The position numbers and the translations under genes were made by a program. From Marsupella aquatica (lineage: Eukaryota; Plantae; Marchantiophyta): 64,000 nucleotides of DNA. Numbering within the stretch: position 1 is the first letter of the stretch; each line of letters opens with the position of its first letter. The stretch spans positions 13,370,828-13,434,827 of the forward strand of contig OZ316894.1 of the NCBI GenBank assembly GCA_973895155.1, in the 5' to 3' direction. The notes under the pieces were generated by a model. That model saw nothing but the letters and a program-made list of their open reading frames with translations, was not told the origin of the DNA and made no database searches. Positions 62,601 through 64,000 of this stretch are shown one piece after another.

Positions 62601-63023
62601 AACAAAGCAATCATCAACATACACCAATGCAGATCAAACATACATGCAAAATGAATCTACAACACCATAACACTAGTACTTATGTACAGGATCCATACTA
62701 GTATGAGACCAATCTGGAATATGAAAACAGAACATGAACCTGACAACTCCATCTACTGAATCAAATTTGCAATAGACATATCAACACACACATCAGCTTG
62801 CAGTCTGGCCCCAGTCCTAGATCACGCATAATTCTGACATTATGCTCTATGTTCCGATTTCGGGCCTCCTCATAAGGATTCACAGAATGTGACAACCCTT
62901 GCAATCTTCCTTTCACAGGCTGCATTCACCAACTGCACAAATGGATAAACCATTAGTCTGATTTCATAAATAGTCCATACATGTAGTCCATCTATGGACT
63001 TCACACACCTAGCTAAAACCTAT

Positions 63024-63888
63024 TCACTGCTTAGGCCTGCCCTTTCTTGCAGATCCCTCTGCATCTCTGCCTCGTTTGGGACCAGTACTTGGTCCTGGAT
63101 TTTCTCTGGACCTACAGGCCTTAGCCAATTCGATGTGTAATTTGACATTGTTTTCCATTGTAGCATGGAAATCAACGTCTGTGTAATCACCTAACACCCT
63201 TGTGGACCTGGATTCTTTGTGGAGGATTGTTCTCCATGCTATCCCCTTCTCATTGGGGTGGAAGAAAACCTGCTCCACTTGCTTTGGGAAAACGTAATCC
63301 ATTTTCTTGGACACACCCAGTTCTCTATGGAAATTCACCTGCCAAAGACCAGACTTGGTATACCTCATACTGGCAGAGGATTTAGGAGTCCATGATGGAT
63401 CTGCCCATTTCCCTTTGAAAAGAATCACCTCTTTCCTCAAGCTGCCATAATTCAGTACCAAGATATCTGTCAAGGCCCCTACATACTGTACAGATTCTTC
63501 TATGGTTGCACCAGACCTGTCCACTCGCTTCTCAGTGAATGTAGAAGCCATCCCAGAATCAAAAGTGCTGAAAGCACCAGAATCACAATCACTCAAACAC
63601 CCCAAGGATGGAATAGTCCTCCAATGGTGCCCATAGGCTCTACATGCCCTATACAGTCGTGCCTTCAAACTAGGTGGTGTGGAGTATGCAGATAGTAATG
63701 ACCGCTCAGACTCTTTCTCAAAATTATGGGTATTGACTAATGTTTGAAACCATTCCCTGAAAGGTGGCAATTCTTGGCAGTCTACGGGAAATTCCACTGG
63801 TTTTCTTCGATTGGCAGGCTTCCTCATCCACTCCTTCCGGAAATCCACTCTTCGTTTGGTAACAGTCTCATTGGTAGCATCATATATC
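63024..63888 (-). CDS. CACTA transposase C-terminal exon (DUF4216-like)
   Basis: YRACRAYGHHWRT, TFDSGMA, YVGALTDILVLNYG, VILFKGKW, YVFPKQVEQVFF, WRTIL; acceptor at 63889-63890. Confidence 0.85.
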
Positions 63889-64000
63889 CTGCATGGCAAC
63901 AACAACACTGAAGACATTAGTGCACGATCCACCATGAATATACAAACACAATGGGGAAACATAATTATGATCCATATGCCTAAGGATAGGAGAGTTTCTA

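Larger units (their letters stand above)
58675..64000 (-). mobile_element. CACTA (En/Spm) DNA transposon, extending beyond the window
   Basis: TIR CACTAGTAGAAAA at 58675; dense atgac/gtcat subterminal repeats to ~59400; En/Spm-type ORFs on the minus strand. Confidence 0.88.

Overview
Eukaryotic land-plant DNA; bryophyte/liverwort-like by inference from the TE families and gene content. The first ~18 kb hold an intron-rich phototropin gene (LOV1-LOV2-AGC kinase) on the minus strand. I could trace 20 coding exons with GT-AG boundaries (1028 codons in frame); the last exon is unresolved. The remaining ~46 kb is a transposon block. It contains a solo LTR and a ~12 kb Mutator-like (MULE/SWIM) element. 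That element carries a divergently oriented, decayed gene combining a ParB-like domain with a beta-class amino-DNA-methyltransferase fold, and it is studded with ~18-20 copies of the palindrome TAGCGCCNGGCGCTA; this is the best candidate for an undescribed system. Next comes a multi-layer nest. A Ulp1 fragment is interrupted by LINE-A, which is split by a 2.5-kb solo-LTR-like element with a CCGG target duplication. That element hosts LINE-B (itself holding a Ty3/gypsy whose 5' LTR is replaced by a fold-back) and a young non-autonomous Copia-type element with identical 142-bp LTRs that has captured a BBR/BPC transcription-factor copy. A CACTA element runs off the right end. All coordinates were read by eye; no database searches were run.
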